From Octopus sinensis (Eukaryota), in NCBI RefSeq assembly GCF_006345805.1, contig NC_043019.1, positions 31,743,360 through 31,807,359 on the forward strand: 64,000 bases of DNA, read 5' to 3'. This document shows positions 13,470 to 26,874 of the stretch, piece after piece (positions within the stretch are counted from its first letter, which is position 1; every line of letters begins with the position of its first letter). The translations under genes were made by a program, and so were the position numbers. The notes below the pieces were generated by a model, which saw only the letters and a list, made by a program, of their open reading frames with translations, did not search any database and was not told where the DNA came from.

Positions 13470-13977
13470 GTGAGAGAAGAAATAAAAACAATGAAAGTAT
13501 ATTAACTCATTTGTGACCACACATCTAATGAAATCCCGCATGGCACAGCGTGTGAAAATGCTGGCCCTCTGAAATACAGGTACAACTCATTTTCACGAGC
13601 TGAGTGGACTGGAGCAATGTGAAATAAAGTGTCTTGCTCAAGGAAACAATGCACTACTGGAATCGAACTCATGGCCTTATGATTGTGAGCCAAATACTCT
13701 AACCACTAAGCCATGCACTTTTCTGTATTGTAGACAATATGGGTTTATTATAGACAATAAACACACTAATAGGCCTGAATGATGTCACCAGACCATTAAA
13801 CACATGTTCCTGATTCATTACACTTCATCAGCTAAGTATACCAAGTTGTCATTCATGGCCACTGAGAACTAGTTGCTCTTATATTAGAAGCTGTTTGCAC
13901 ATCAGCAAATTTACCACTTGCTTTTCTAATATAAAAAGCAAGCAGCTCTTTGTGACTATGAAAGATGGCTCAGTATA

Positions 13978-14022
13978 CCTAGCTTATGAAGTGTAGCAAC
14001 ACAGAAATGCATGCATCCTATG
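13978..14022 (+). ncRNA. Hammerhead motif copy 1, core mutated (CTTATGA)
   Basis: cctag CTTATGA agtg tagcaa caca GAAA tgcatgcat C ctatg. Stem III and the AUC site are intact; G5 is changed to U. Confidence 0.65.
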
Positions 14023-14633
14023 GTCTGGTGTCATCATTCATGGCCTAGTGGTGTGTTTACGTCCATATTGTCTAAAAGGAGAATTTCTTCTCTCAAGACA
14101 ATTTGTGCAGCTTGTTGTCTTTTCATATCTGGATATAAATGTTTTGTTTGTTCCTTCTCAAGCCACGCCTGGCTCATAAGGGCCAGTTTCCCAGTTTCCT
14201 TGGTGCATAGGTTACACACCTGGACAGGACGCCAGTCCATCGCAGGTGAGCTGCTAGATGCAAGTGGAAAGAGTGAGAGAAAGTTGTGGCGAAAGAGTCA
14301 GCAGAAGTTGGCCATTACCTTCTGCCAGAGCCGCATAGATCTTAGGTGTTTCACTCATAAACTCACACATCGCCCAGTCTGAGACTCAAACCCACGATCA
14401 CTTGACCGCAAGTCTGCTGCTCTAATCGCTAGGTCATGTGCCTCCACTCTGTATATAAATGAACATGTTAAATATAATCGTACACAACTGTATTTCATGT
14501 AACATTGCTTAATGCACCACTAATTAATTTATTGTAGCTTGACAAAGTTTTTAGCACATCAGCAAATGTACCATTTGTTATTCTAATAGAAGAGCAACCA
14601 GTTCTTAGTGGCCATGAACAACAGTTCTGTATA

Positions 14634-14678
14634 CATAGCTGATGAAGTGTAACAACACTGAAATGCAGGCAGCTTATG
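14634..14678 (+). ncRNA. Hammerhead motif copy 2, cleavage triplet mutated
   Basis: catag CTGATGA agtg taacaa cact GAAA tgcaggcag C ttatg. Core and stem II are perfect; U16.1 is changed to G. Confidence 0.7.
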
Positions 14679-14998
14679 GTTTAGGGATGTCATTCCACAC
14701 ACGATGGTGTGTTTACACCCATAATTTCTATAAGGAGAATTTCTTCATTCAAGACAGCTTGTGCAGCATATTGTCTTTTCCTGTCTGAATTTCACTCAAA
14801 CAGGTTGTATATGACCATATTAACGTTGGTATCGGTTCTTTCTGTGCTCTTGACTACATTGGGCAACAATTTGATGCCACTGGTTTCCCTTGGCTGTGGT
14901 CTTCTCAACATCCACCCACATTACTATACATGATTATATTTTCCTAATATGCTTTATTTTGCCCTCTGTTTTCTATTTTATTTATTTATTATTTTCAG

Positions 14999-15192
14999 AT
15001 GATCCAGAATATGATGCTAAACATGCCAAGAAAATGGAAAAAGAACTGAAAAAGATGGAGAAAAGAGAAGCTGCCCTATCAGGAAAGATGGCCTTTCGTA
15101 GCACATCTAAGGGTACTTCTTTAGCTTCGAAACTTTCTCCAAAGACCCAACGCAAGAAGGACAAACTTTTAAGTGCCACCTCACAACTAAAG
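14999..15192 (+). CDS. OTOF: Otoferlin-like gene, internal exon: DDPEYDAKHAKKMEKELKKMEKREAALSGKMAFRSTSKGTSLASKLSPKTQRKKDKLLSATSQLK
   Basis: Acceptor tttatttattattttcAG and donor AAG|GTTAGT. 194 nt, phase 1 in, phase 0 out. Ends ...QLK before VFPHELE, matching the ...ELK|VYPKELE junction of vertebrate otoferlin as I recall it. Confidence 0.85.
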
Positions 15193-15959
15193 GTTAGTAT
15201 ATGTATGCGCTTGCATATATGCACATATATATACACATACATGCATATATATGTGTGTGTGTATATATATATATAAACACACACATATATATACATACAT
15301 ATATGTATACATACATATATATATATACACATATATATATACATGTGTGTATATATATGTATGTATGTATATATATCTTTTTTCTGGTTTGTATAGTTAT
15401 TTTATATATTTCTTCACTAAAAGTAAAACATGTTTACATCTGTTAGTGTTAGCGTAGATCTGTTTAGCCTGGCAAATATTTAAACCTCAATGACATCGTT
15501 TTGGATGTGGAGATGTTCCCCTATTACTATTAAATCAAAATTATTAAATACTAATTAGTAGATGGTGATGGTGATGATGGTATCAATAATAGTAATTCTT
15601 CCTTTTTGGGCCACAAGGGCCCCCCAAAAAAGGACCATACAAAGACAAAGGACTGTGTCAATTTGCATAGAAATATGTAAGCAATAAAAATGATAACAAT
15701 TTAGTAGAAAAATCTTAAACAAATTCCCCAGTAGTGGGGAAAATGCCACCCAGGAGCAGTCAAGGAGCTCCTCAGGTTAGAGTAGGCCATCTTTACCACA
15801 TTCACCCACCTTTCAAAAATTTACTGAGACACAGCATATCCTTCTCAACCCTCATCTTCCTTTTCAAATGCACAGGTGCTCTACTGAGATAAGTGCAGGC
15901 CCAGATTTGTGTATGGGTCAGTATCATCCATGGCCCTCTGAGTCATGGGCGTTAGAGCT

Positions 15960-16580
15960 CTTAGGTATCTCCTCCAGAACCAGTCATCATTACACTTTCC
16001 AAATGGATCCCCTAACATGCCCCTGGGCTCTCGCTGGTTAGTTCAGCTTGAAGAATCTGTCCTGCAATTCTTTTCTGCAAAATTCTAATCACATGTCTGC
16101 AGTACTAGAACTATGATTTCTCTGTGCAGAGAAGTAATGGCTCAATCCGGAGAAACTCCATGAAACATAGATATCATCCAACCATCTAATTTTCTCACAA
16201 CCATCGGAGGGAGAAGCGCTCCTCACAAATGCATGTTCATGAGACGGTTGTGATGTGTAAACAGTTTTAAGTAGGAACTGGAAAGGGAAGTCTGAACGTG
16301 CCCTGTGCATGTGCACACTGAATTCGTAAAATGGAAGAGAAGAATAAAGCAAGTTATGTGATGATCTGCATGACACATCTGACACCACTACCATGCAGCT
16401 TTGCTGCAAATTTCTTGTTGGTCTACCTGATAGGTTTCCTGCAAGTTGGCTTAGATTGAGGAATCTATTTTTCAGTTCTTTCTTGGGACATTCTAATCAC
16501 ATTCCATAATACTGGATATGTAACATCTCAATGCAGAGAAATAGCAGCTCGACCTGGAGAGACTTCCTGATCTCTGAGCT
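15960..16580 (-). mobile_element. Two degraded RTE (Rex3/Expander-like) C-terminal fragments
   Basis: LRIEPLLLCTEKS...HVIRILQKRI near 16160-16020, and LQVELLFLCIEM...VIRMSQER near 16575-16430. Confidence 0.55.
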
Positions 16581-18549
16581 ACATACTCAATCAAATACCA
16601 TTACTTAAGAGATCCTTCAAAGAAACCTCATTTTGTCTATTTGTAGTCACAATCATACTCTTTCCGTCATTACCCAACATTTATGACTAAAGGTGAAGAA
16701 AGGCACAAAGAACCAAACTTTGGCTTTTTTTTACCAACATCTCTTCTAAGAATTGAATGTTGGAACTTGATATCCTTGGTTTTAAATCCTTTTTCAACCA
16801 ACTTTCCCTTCAATTCAAACATACACTACGTGATCAGTAATATGGTATTTTTCAGATATACTACTCTTACCTCTTCTTAATCCTTTGTCATTGATATCAT
16901 ACCTTTACAAAAGCAATGTCATTGTTATCAATAATACATCTTTGATTTTAAGTATTTGCCTTTAGTTGCATGTTTTTTTTGTTGTTGTTTTTTTTCCTCT
17001 TTACTAGGTATATCGATTTTATTATATAATTCTTTAATAAAATTTGTTTTGTGAAAAGAGGTTTTTGGTGCCAGATTTAGAGATTCCCCTATATTTAACT
17101 GTGATTGATGTTATGAATATTAACACGACTTATGGGTATAGAAACATACATATATTTATATGTGTATATGTGTCATTTGTAATTATGCATGTGTCTACAC
17201 ACACACATACACACACAAAGGTGAAATTCCGATTCTGTTATAATGGACTCCAATATGGGTACATCATCATCATCATCATAATTTAACATCCGTTGTCCAT
17301 GCTGGCATGGGCTGGACGATTTAACCAGGGCTTGTAAGCTGGAAGGCTGCACCAGACTCCAGTCTGATTTGGCATGGTTTTCTATGGCTAGGTGCCCTTC
17401 CTAATGCCAACCACTCTCAGAGTGTAATGGGTGATTTTACATGCCACCAGGATAGGTGCCATTTGTGTGACACTACTATCTGGCATGACTGTGATTTTGC
17501 TCAGCTTGATGGGTCTTCTTCTCAAGCATGACATAATGCCAAAGGTCTCGGTCATTCGTCATTGCCTCTTTGAGATCCAACATTCAAAAGGAACTCAGCC
17601 ACTTTGCCTCTGTGTGGCCCAACGCCCAATCAATCTTTGATCATAATCCTACAGAAACAATATTAAAGTAGTCTTGCCATAATGAAATGTTTTATTTTGA
17701 ATTCAAATGTTATTAAGATCCCTTTGAGAGTCAATATATATTAGGTTGAGGAAAACGTCTGTGTGCTGTGTTAAGCATTATTTTAACACAGCATTATTTT
17801 TATAATAATGTGGTGTTAAAATTATTTTAACACCGCATTATTTGTTTTAATCTTGGAATTAAATGGGCTTTGATTTACTGTCAGGTGACTTTTGGCCAAA
17901 CTTGTATGTAACCAACAGGGTGCCAGTTGTTGTTGCAGTTGTTGTCTTCTTCTTCTTCCAATCAGGACTCATGCCATTAACCACAAAGAATAATCTCTAA
18001 TTCGAGCCTGCTCTAAGCTACAAAGAATGCGTGTGGCAACTTGAAGATTCACCCACCACATGCGATAGACTGGCTGTTGCACGGGCGCGAAAGTTACGTT
18101 GTTATCCTCATTCCGTAAATGGTGGCTTTTAATGGGTGGAGAGCTGAAGCATCCTGGGATACAGAGGACTCGCAGTCTAGACTAGGGTCTGAAGGTTTAC
18201 CACACCATGATGGGTTACACCATGGTTCCTCTGCTTTGTGGCAGAAGTAGGAAGAAAGAGTGAGAGAAAGTTGTGGTGAAAGAGTACAGTAAGGTTCACC
18301 TCCACACCCCGCCAGAGCCTCTTGGAGCTTAGGTGTTTTCGCTCAATAAACACTCACAATGCCGGGACTGGGAATCGAAACTGCATTCTTACGACTGTGA
18401 GTCTGCTGCTCTAACCACTGGGCCATTGTGCCTCCACTGCTGTTGTTATTGTTATATGTGTGGGCATTTGGGAATTTGATTCTTCATTTATGCTCCACTG
18501 GAACCTACTTCAAGTATATTGTGTACTTAAGAGAGTGTTTGTCTGTCTG

Positions 18550-19095
18550 TTTATATATGTATGTATGTACGTATGTTTGTATGTATGCATATATGTATGT
18601 ATACATATACATACGTATGTATGTATGCATGCATGTACATTTATATGTATGGATGTATATATGTATTGATATATGTATGCACATATATACATATATATAT
18701 ATGTATGTACGTACATATATCTTTATGTATGTACATATATATTAATGTACATATCTACATATGTATGTACGTATGTAATTATGCATGTATGTATGTATAC
18801 ATGCATGTATGTACATATGTGTGCATGTATAGATTTACATATGTATGCATCTATGTACATATGTTTGTATGTATGTATGTATGTATGTACATATGTATGT
18901 ACATATATATGTATGTATGTAATTATGTATGTATGTTTGTATGCACATATGTATGTATGTACATATGTATATATGTATGCATCTATCTACATATATATGT
19001 ACATATATATGCATGTATATGCATATGCATGTATGTATGTATGTGTGTATGTATGCATGTATGTATGTATGCATGTATGTACGTACGTATGCATG
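18550..19095. repeat. Compound (ATGT)/(AT) microsatellite; one of dozens of (TA)n, (CA)n, (ATT)n and (CAT)n tracts in the window
   Basis: Read directly from the sequence. Such tracts generate the YIYI, CVCV and HTHT ORFs. Confidence 0.95.
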
Positions 19096-20342
19096 TACTC
19101 CAACCATACCTATCTTTAACTATGTAACTGAACAACATATTCTTGACCATATTAAAGTTACACCTTTATACAAAAGACACAGCATTCATATGAAGTTGTC
19201 TTGCTTATATGAATGTCATGTAAAACCACAGTTTTTCTCCAATCGATAAATCATCCACTCACTGTGTGTCTTCAAAAGAAAGAATAAAAATTCCTGGCTT
19301 GAAAAACAGACAAGAGCTAACCTCAGGGAGGGCATCTGGCAGTAAAACAATTCGTCAATGACAAACTCGTCTAACCCATACTAGCATGGAAAAGCGGACG
19401 TAAAAAAAAAAAAAAAACCAGCTATCGCTTTTGTTTAGAATTTTAGTCTCTGGTTTATTTTATAATTTTTTTCCTTTTCTCTATATTTTCATTTTACTAA
19501 TTGTATCCAGAAAATTTGAGAATGCATTTTATCCACTTACGTAAAATACAAAATTTTCGAAATTTAATTCTGAAGCATTCCTAATAATATAAATAGTCCC
19601 TGAACAGTTCTTTATTCTGGCACCAGACTCATCTATAATTTTGTATTCCTCTTTGTTATAAACATACGACGTAAACACATTTAAACCGAAAGCTACTTTA
19701 TTTTCGAAGTAGGGTTACAAAAATTCAGTATAAACATCTAACTTCTTTTCCAGCAGTTTTTATATACTTTCATACTCAAGAAGAAGAAAAAAACCACCAT
19801 AAACTGTATACATATTTTGTGTGTTCAGCTACGTTGTTAGCTATATATGTATATATTTACTAAGTCCGAAAGAAGTTTGAAATGAGAGTAATCTCCCTTA
19901 GACTCTTGCTTGACTTAACTCCCTTGCTTTTATTGATTTCCTTTTCTTTTTCTTTCGTTTCTTTTCAATTAACGGCATGGAAGCATAGCTTTTAGTTCTT
20001 CCTTTAGATTTTGTTAATGTTATTAGAGTTAGCTGTGCTTTCGTAAATCGTTAGTCTATATCAACAACATCAGATATGATTTACCTAAACATAATTTCCT
20101 TCTAAGGCGCGAATGTGTATAAATGTGTGTATAAATATAATTTATGTATATATACATTTAGATGTGGCTGTTTGTGTGTGTGTGTGTGTGTACGTACTTA
20201 CAAAAATTTCGAAATTTAGTTCAAAACCAATTATTATAAATAAACACTCCCTCAAATAATACTTCTTTAATCTTGCACTAAATACATCTGCAAATTTTTT
20301 CCTCTTTTTAATAAACTGTAACTTACTATATAATAAACACAT

Positions 20343-20380
<38 letters not shown>

Positions 20381-21544
20381 ATATTATATATATATACATA
20401 TATATATTTATATACATTTATTTATATATTTATGTATGTTTATATATATATATTTATATACATTTATTTATATATTTATGTATGTTTATATATATATATA
20501 TATATACATATCTTTATATATTTATATGTTTATATATATATATATATATATGTTTATTTACATATATATATAGATAGATAGATAGATATACATATACATA
20601 TATACAAATATATATAGTTTACTGTTCCGTTATAGGTAGGCTCAACAAAAAAAAACAATATTCTATGCATTAAGAGATAAATATAACCTAATATACACAA
20701 TTTAAAGAAGGACTACTGGTTTTTGAATTGAACTCACAGTATACACAGAGCCTCAAAGATTGCTTGGAGACGCATGCCATCTTATATAAATTTGCAGAAT
20801 TATTCTTTCTCTCCAGCATGAAACTATTAGTAGGTCTTATTTAAATTGTGTATATTAAATTATATGTATGTATGTATGCATTAAAACTTTCTCATGCTTT
20901 TCAAACTTTCAAGTCGACACAGGTTTTGCTGTATGTTTCAGAAGTTCACTTCTCAATTCTATAACAATGAGTTTTAGTCCCGCTCTACAATACCTTGTGC
21001 AAGTGTCTTCTCCCATTTCTTTGGTCTTTTAATTCTTTCAATCATTTGACTGTGGCCAAGCTGGGGCATTCACATTTAGTTGTTTTATCTGAACAAGTCG
21101 ATCTCAGTACTTTAGAATTTTTTTTGTTAAGTCTGATACTTAATCAGTTGGTTCCCTTTTTGCCAAACCACTAAATCACAGGGATGTAAACAAACTAACA
21201 CCAACCATCAAACAAGCACAACTACAACGACACACCTGATGGAATCTCCTGTTGAAGATGATATATGAGTGTTCCGTTTTTGCTGAATAACCTGCACAAA
21301 TGGTTTCTTTCTGGTGATCAAATGTATGGGCTGCACATTAACCCAACCCCCTCTTCATTTCTTTGGAATAATGGCTTTTGAATCATATCACATGCAGCTA
21401 TAAAGAATAGCATGTAAATATTGGTTGAAAACCTCTTTTGGAAAGGAAAAGCAGAAGGTTGTGTATGGTGTGTCTTGAGAAATATTCTTCTAATAAAGAA
21501 TTATTTCACATTCTCTAGAATGCTTATAGAATTCTTATGGCATT

Positions 21545-21932
<388 letters not shown>

Positions 21933-21933
21933 T

Positions 21934-21964
<31 letters not shown>

Positions 21965-22543
21965 TATATATACATATACACACACACACACATACGTATA
22001 TGACAGTCTACTTTCATTTTCTATCTACCAAATCCACTCACAATGTTTTGGTCTGCCCATGGCTATAGTAGAAGACACTGGCCCAAGATAATGCACAATG
22101 GGACTAAACCCGGAACCATGTAGTTGGGACACAAACTTCTTACCTCACAGCCACACCTGCACCTATAATATTCCTTATTTAATGCAAAGTGGACTAAGCA
22201 GAGTGAAATTGTCAAAATTTTGACTTATACGTATTATGCATCTTAATTTGGTGTCCAGTATCACTGGGATTTTCTCAGGTAACTTAATGTCTACATCTGT
22301 ATGTAGGTGTGTGTATATGTGATTGTACATATACATATATATATAGATATATATAATACATATATATAATATATATTATATACATATGTATGTGTGTATA
22401 TATATATATACTTTATTTAAAGCAGCAGAAAATTCAACAAATTTTTGTTGAATTTTCTGCTGCTTTAAATAAAGCATATTACTCTACCACTGCTATTTGA
22501 GTACTCTTTTTTCCACCTTGTTTCACATTTATGTGTTTACTCC

Positions 22544-22596
<53 letters not shown>

Positions 22597-22750
22597 ATAT
22601 ATGTGTGTATGTATATATGCATATATATATATATATATATACACACACATATATGTGCATGTACATATATACATATATATATATGTGTATTTTATGTATG
22701 TACATATATATATTTATACACACACACACATGTATATCTATGTGTTTGTG

Positions 22751-22794
<44 letters not shown>

Positions 22795-22797
22795 ATA

Positions 22798-22830
<33 letters not shown>

Positions 22831-23315
22831 CGCCTATATTACCTGTATATGCATATACACCAGGTAGAACATTTACTAGATTCTCTTCAATTCTTATATC
22901 ACTGAAATAAACCAAGCAGCTAACAACAAGTTATAACAAACGGTCGATGAACTGCTATATCTTCAGGCACGCTTCTAATCCACTCCTCTCCGGACTCATG
23001 CAGAAGAATTCCTGTTGTTATTGTTATGTTTTATTTCACGTTAATTATTTTGTTGCTACCTTATATTAACAGCAAAAGATCAATTAACTATAATAATTGA
23101 CAGGGCTTTTTCCCTCGAAAACTTACCCATCACGTCCCTGAAACTGAACAAATCCCTGAGGATGAAGGAGAAAAAAGTCGAAAGTCCTTGATAACGGTAA
23201 CATTGATCTTTGAGGATTTTGGTTGCTTCAGCCTCCTTGGGATTCTTTCGTCCCCTGGTGATAGCTTCATCTATTACTCCTTGACATGCTCCTTTCCTAT
23301 TTAATTAACGTCTAT

Positions 23316-23359
<44 letters not shown>

Positions 23360-23388
23360 CATGTATATATGTGTCTTTGTGTATATGC

Positions 23389-23424
<36 letters not shown>

Positions 23425-24416
23425 GAATACGTGTGTTTATATGTGTGGGTGGGAGGCTGTTGTGTGTGTATGTGTGTGTAATATTTCTTCTTAAATATAT
23501 ATGTATATATTTCTGCTCTTGCTCATATTTTATGTATGTGATGGTTTTTTCTTGATGTTGATTGTTTATTTTTTCTTTCAACGCTTCGTCTCTCTTTTGG
23601 ATTCAATGTAAAACAACAAAAGATCTATTTCTTTTTTTTTTTTTGTTAATTAATTATGTCTGAATTGAAATAACAAAAAAAAAGGCAACATGACAGGTTC
23701 AGTTATTGTAAAAAAAAATGTTTTAATCAATGAAATATTTGCACAGGTGTAGCTGTGGGATAAGGAGCTTGCTACTTAGCCACACGGTTCTGAGTTCAGT
23801 TCTACTGCAAGGCTCCGTGTGCAAGTGTCTTCTACTACAGCCCCAGATCGACCAGAGATTTGTGAGAGGAATTAGGAGACAGAAACTGTAAAAAGCTGAT
23901 CATATACACACACACACACACACACGTGTGTGTGTGTATAGGCAAATCAAAACTAAAAACACAAACAACAAAAGTCGAAAGGATGTACTAAGTAAATGTA
24001 TTATGTTGACGCCCTGTTTAAGATAGAAAAAAAATTGGCAGCGGGGTAACATCTCAAGCATGGCTCTTTGTCAGAAAGAGGAAAGAGTAAAGGTCCAGAG
24101 AGAAAGAAAAGAATAGTCTGAGAAAAGCACATGTGTTATATATATATATATATAATATATATATATATATTATATATATATATAAATATAGACACACACA
24201 CACATGTATACATATATTCATAAATGAGTGTGTGTGTGTATATATATATTCCCATTGGCAGTTCCCCAGCATGGCCACAGCCTTAGGGCTGTTGCATGTA
24301 AGATAATTAAAGAATATATACATATATATATATAGATATATATATATATATATATATAATTAGTGAATGAAATAAATGGAGTTGAACGAAGATTGTACAG
24401 AATACCTTTTATTACA

Positions 24417-24497
24417 TTCTACACATGTTTCGAAGGCCACAAATTTCCAAATTCTGTTTAAATAAGGGTACCATATTGCGGCTTTCTCTTCAGGAAA
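24417..24497 (-). ncRNA. Mirror hammerhead motif in the left arm of the foldback
   Basis: Reverse complement of 24647-24726, with TCTTCAG at 24488-24494. Confidence 0.65.
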
Positions 24498-24646
24498 AAA
24501 ACAGGAATTCCGTTGACAGGACGAACAAAACAAAGGCACAGCAATTCGAACGAAGATGAGTTCAGCCATGGGCTCCTAAGGAGCATCTTCGTTCGAATCG
24601 CTGTGCCTTTGTTTTGTTTCGTCCTGTCAACGGAATTCCTGTTTTT

Positions 24647-24726
24647 TTCCTGAAGAGAAAGCCGCAATATGGTACCCTTATTTAAACAGAATTTGGAAAT
24701 TTGTGGCCTTCGAAACATGTGTAGAA
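24647..24726 (+). ncRNA. Hammerhead motif in the right arm of a foldback
   Basis: ttc CTGAAGA gaaagccgcaa...ttgtggccttc GAAA catgtg T A gaa. Stem II about 11 bp with one mismatch, stem III ACATGTGT, GUA site, stem I only 3 bp. Confidence 0.65.
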
Positions 24727-24935
24727 TGTAATAAAAGGTATTCTGTACAATCTTCGTTCAACTCCATTTATTTCATTCACTAATAATATTAAGCTTCAAT
24801 TATCCGCTCCAATGCACGGTTGCAACACCAAATGGTCTTATCTCCAACCGTGCTGTTTTCCGGTGTGATTTTTGCTACCCAGGTATCGGTTAAACCTTTG
24901 AATAATCTGTTACAAGAAAATTCATCTTTCTATTT

Positions 24936-24977
<42 letters not shown>

Positions 24978-25363
24978 TAGAAGACACCTACCTAAAATGC
25001 CATACAGTGGAACTGAACCCAAGACCTTATAGTTGGAAAACAAACTCCTTACCACACAGTCATGCCTGTGCATGTTTTCATTATTAACAGAAAAAGTTTC
25101 TTTTGTATCTTCCAAATATGTTTGATGGGCAAGCTGGTAGACACATTGGTACAGTAGACAAAATCTTTAGCAGTATTCTTTCTTCCAGCTCTTTCTGTTC
25201 TGAGTTCAAATCCCACTGAGGTCAACTTTGCCTTTCGTCCTTATCAGAGTCTATGAAATAAAGTACTTGGTTGGTTGTAATCGACTGACATCACCCCAAA
25301 AATTTGCTGGCTTTGTGCCAAAATTTGAAACCATCATCATCATTATTATTACTATTATCATTG

Positions 25364-25426
<63 letters not shown>

Positions 25427-25550
25427 TATGAACTCAAATTCATCCTTTTGGGGTTGATAAATTAAGTACCAGTTAAACACTGGGGTCAATGAAATCAATT
25501 TATTCTCTTCCCCTCCAAAAAATGGCTGACCTTGTGGCAAAATTTGCAAC

Positions 25551-25597
<47 letters not shown>

Positions 25598-25626
25598 ATA
25601 ATAATAATAATAATAATAATAATAAT

Positions 25627-26104
25627 TGTCTTGGTATAAAAGATGGGCTACAGCAAATATTCTGCTCAATACCACAGATTTGCTTGTCAGTTGTTTGACC
25701 TTAACCAGTTGAGCATGTCCCTTAGTGGCTGACGATATGTGCATCTCTGATCACGAGCAGAAGTAGTGGGGGAGCATCATAGCCATGTGTTGAGAGAGAT
25801 TCTTTGGGGTTTGAATAATTCACCTCTGGAAACATGGGTGGTTCTTTCAACATCCTTAAACAACCCTTATTCAGGGACCTTTTGAGCACGGGATGGGCTA
25901 CTCAACCTGAAGAAATTTCTAACTGGGCCCCACCTGCAAGGTCATGTGCTGTTTATCTTGAGATGAGATCACCATGTAGTGCACATATGGTTGTGATGCA
26001 TGTGCCTGATGTACCCTTATCAGACGGGTAGTCATGATGGGTATATTGGGCTTTGTATATTTTACCCCAGTGTCACTTTGATGGCATGAACTGCTCTCTC
26101 ACTC
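25627..26104. mobile_element. About 480-bp GC-richer interspersed element embedded in (AAT)n
   Basis: Sharp boundaries with (AAT)n on both sides, no TIRs and no recognisable ORF. Confidence 0.45.
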
Positions 26105-26724
26105 AATAATAATAATAATAATAATATTAAGAAGGCAGCAAGCTGGCAGAATCATAAGCAGACAAGACAAAGCACTTAGCAGCATGTCTTTTGTCTCTAT
26201 GTTCTAGGTTCAAATTCTGCCGAGATCGACTTTGCTTTCATCCATTCAAGGTCAATAAAAACAAATACCAATTAAGCACAGGAGTCGATATAATCAATTT
26301 ACCCCATTCTTGAAGTTATTGGCCTTGTGCCAAAGTTTTGAAATCATTATTATTATTATTATTGTTATTATTCTCCTCTAAATGGCAGTGAACTGGTGGA
26401 ATCGTTAGCACGCCAGGCAAAACAGTGGAATATCATTGGTCCTTACATTCTGAGTTCAAATTCTGTCAAGGCCAACATCCTTTCAGGGTCAATAAATTAA
26501 GTACCAGTTGAGTATTGGGGTCGATATAATTGACTATCCCCCTTCCCACAAATTGTGCCTATAGTAGAAAGGATTATTATTAATAATGTTATTATTGTTA
26601 TTATTCCCCTCTTAAAAGTGGTTAAATCTAAGTGGAAGCGAAAAGTAAATGAGTTATTAGCTGTGAAATTGAGTATGGAATTTTTGGATGCCCAGTGTGT
26701 GCGTGTGTGCATGCATGTGTGTGT

Positions 26725-26755
<31 letters not shown>

Positions 26756-26821
26756 ATGTTTTAACATAATTTTTAATCTGAAACTCAGTACCAGACATAA
26801 TGATAATAATAATAACAATAA

Positions 26822-26874
<53 letters not shown>

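Larger units (their letters stand above)
24359..24784. repeat. Near-perfect inverted repeat with arms of about 200 bp and a 25-nt spacer
   Basis: 24359-24558 is the reverse complement of 24584-24784, with about 3 differences. Confidence 0.95.
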
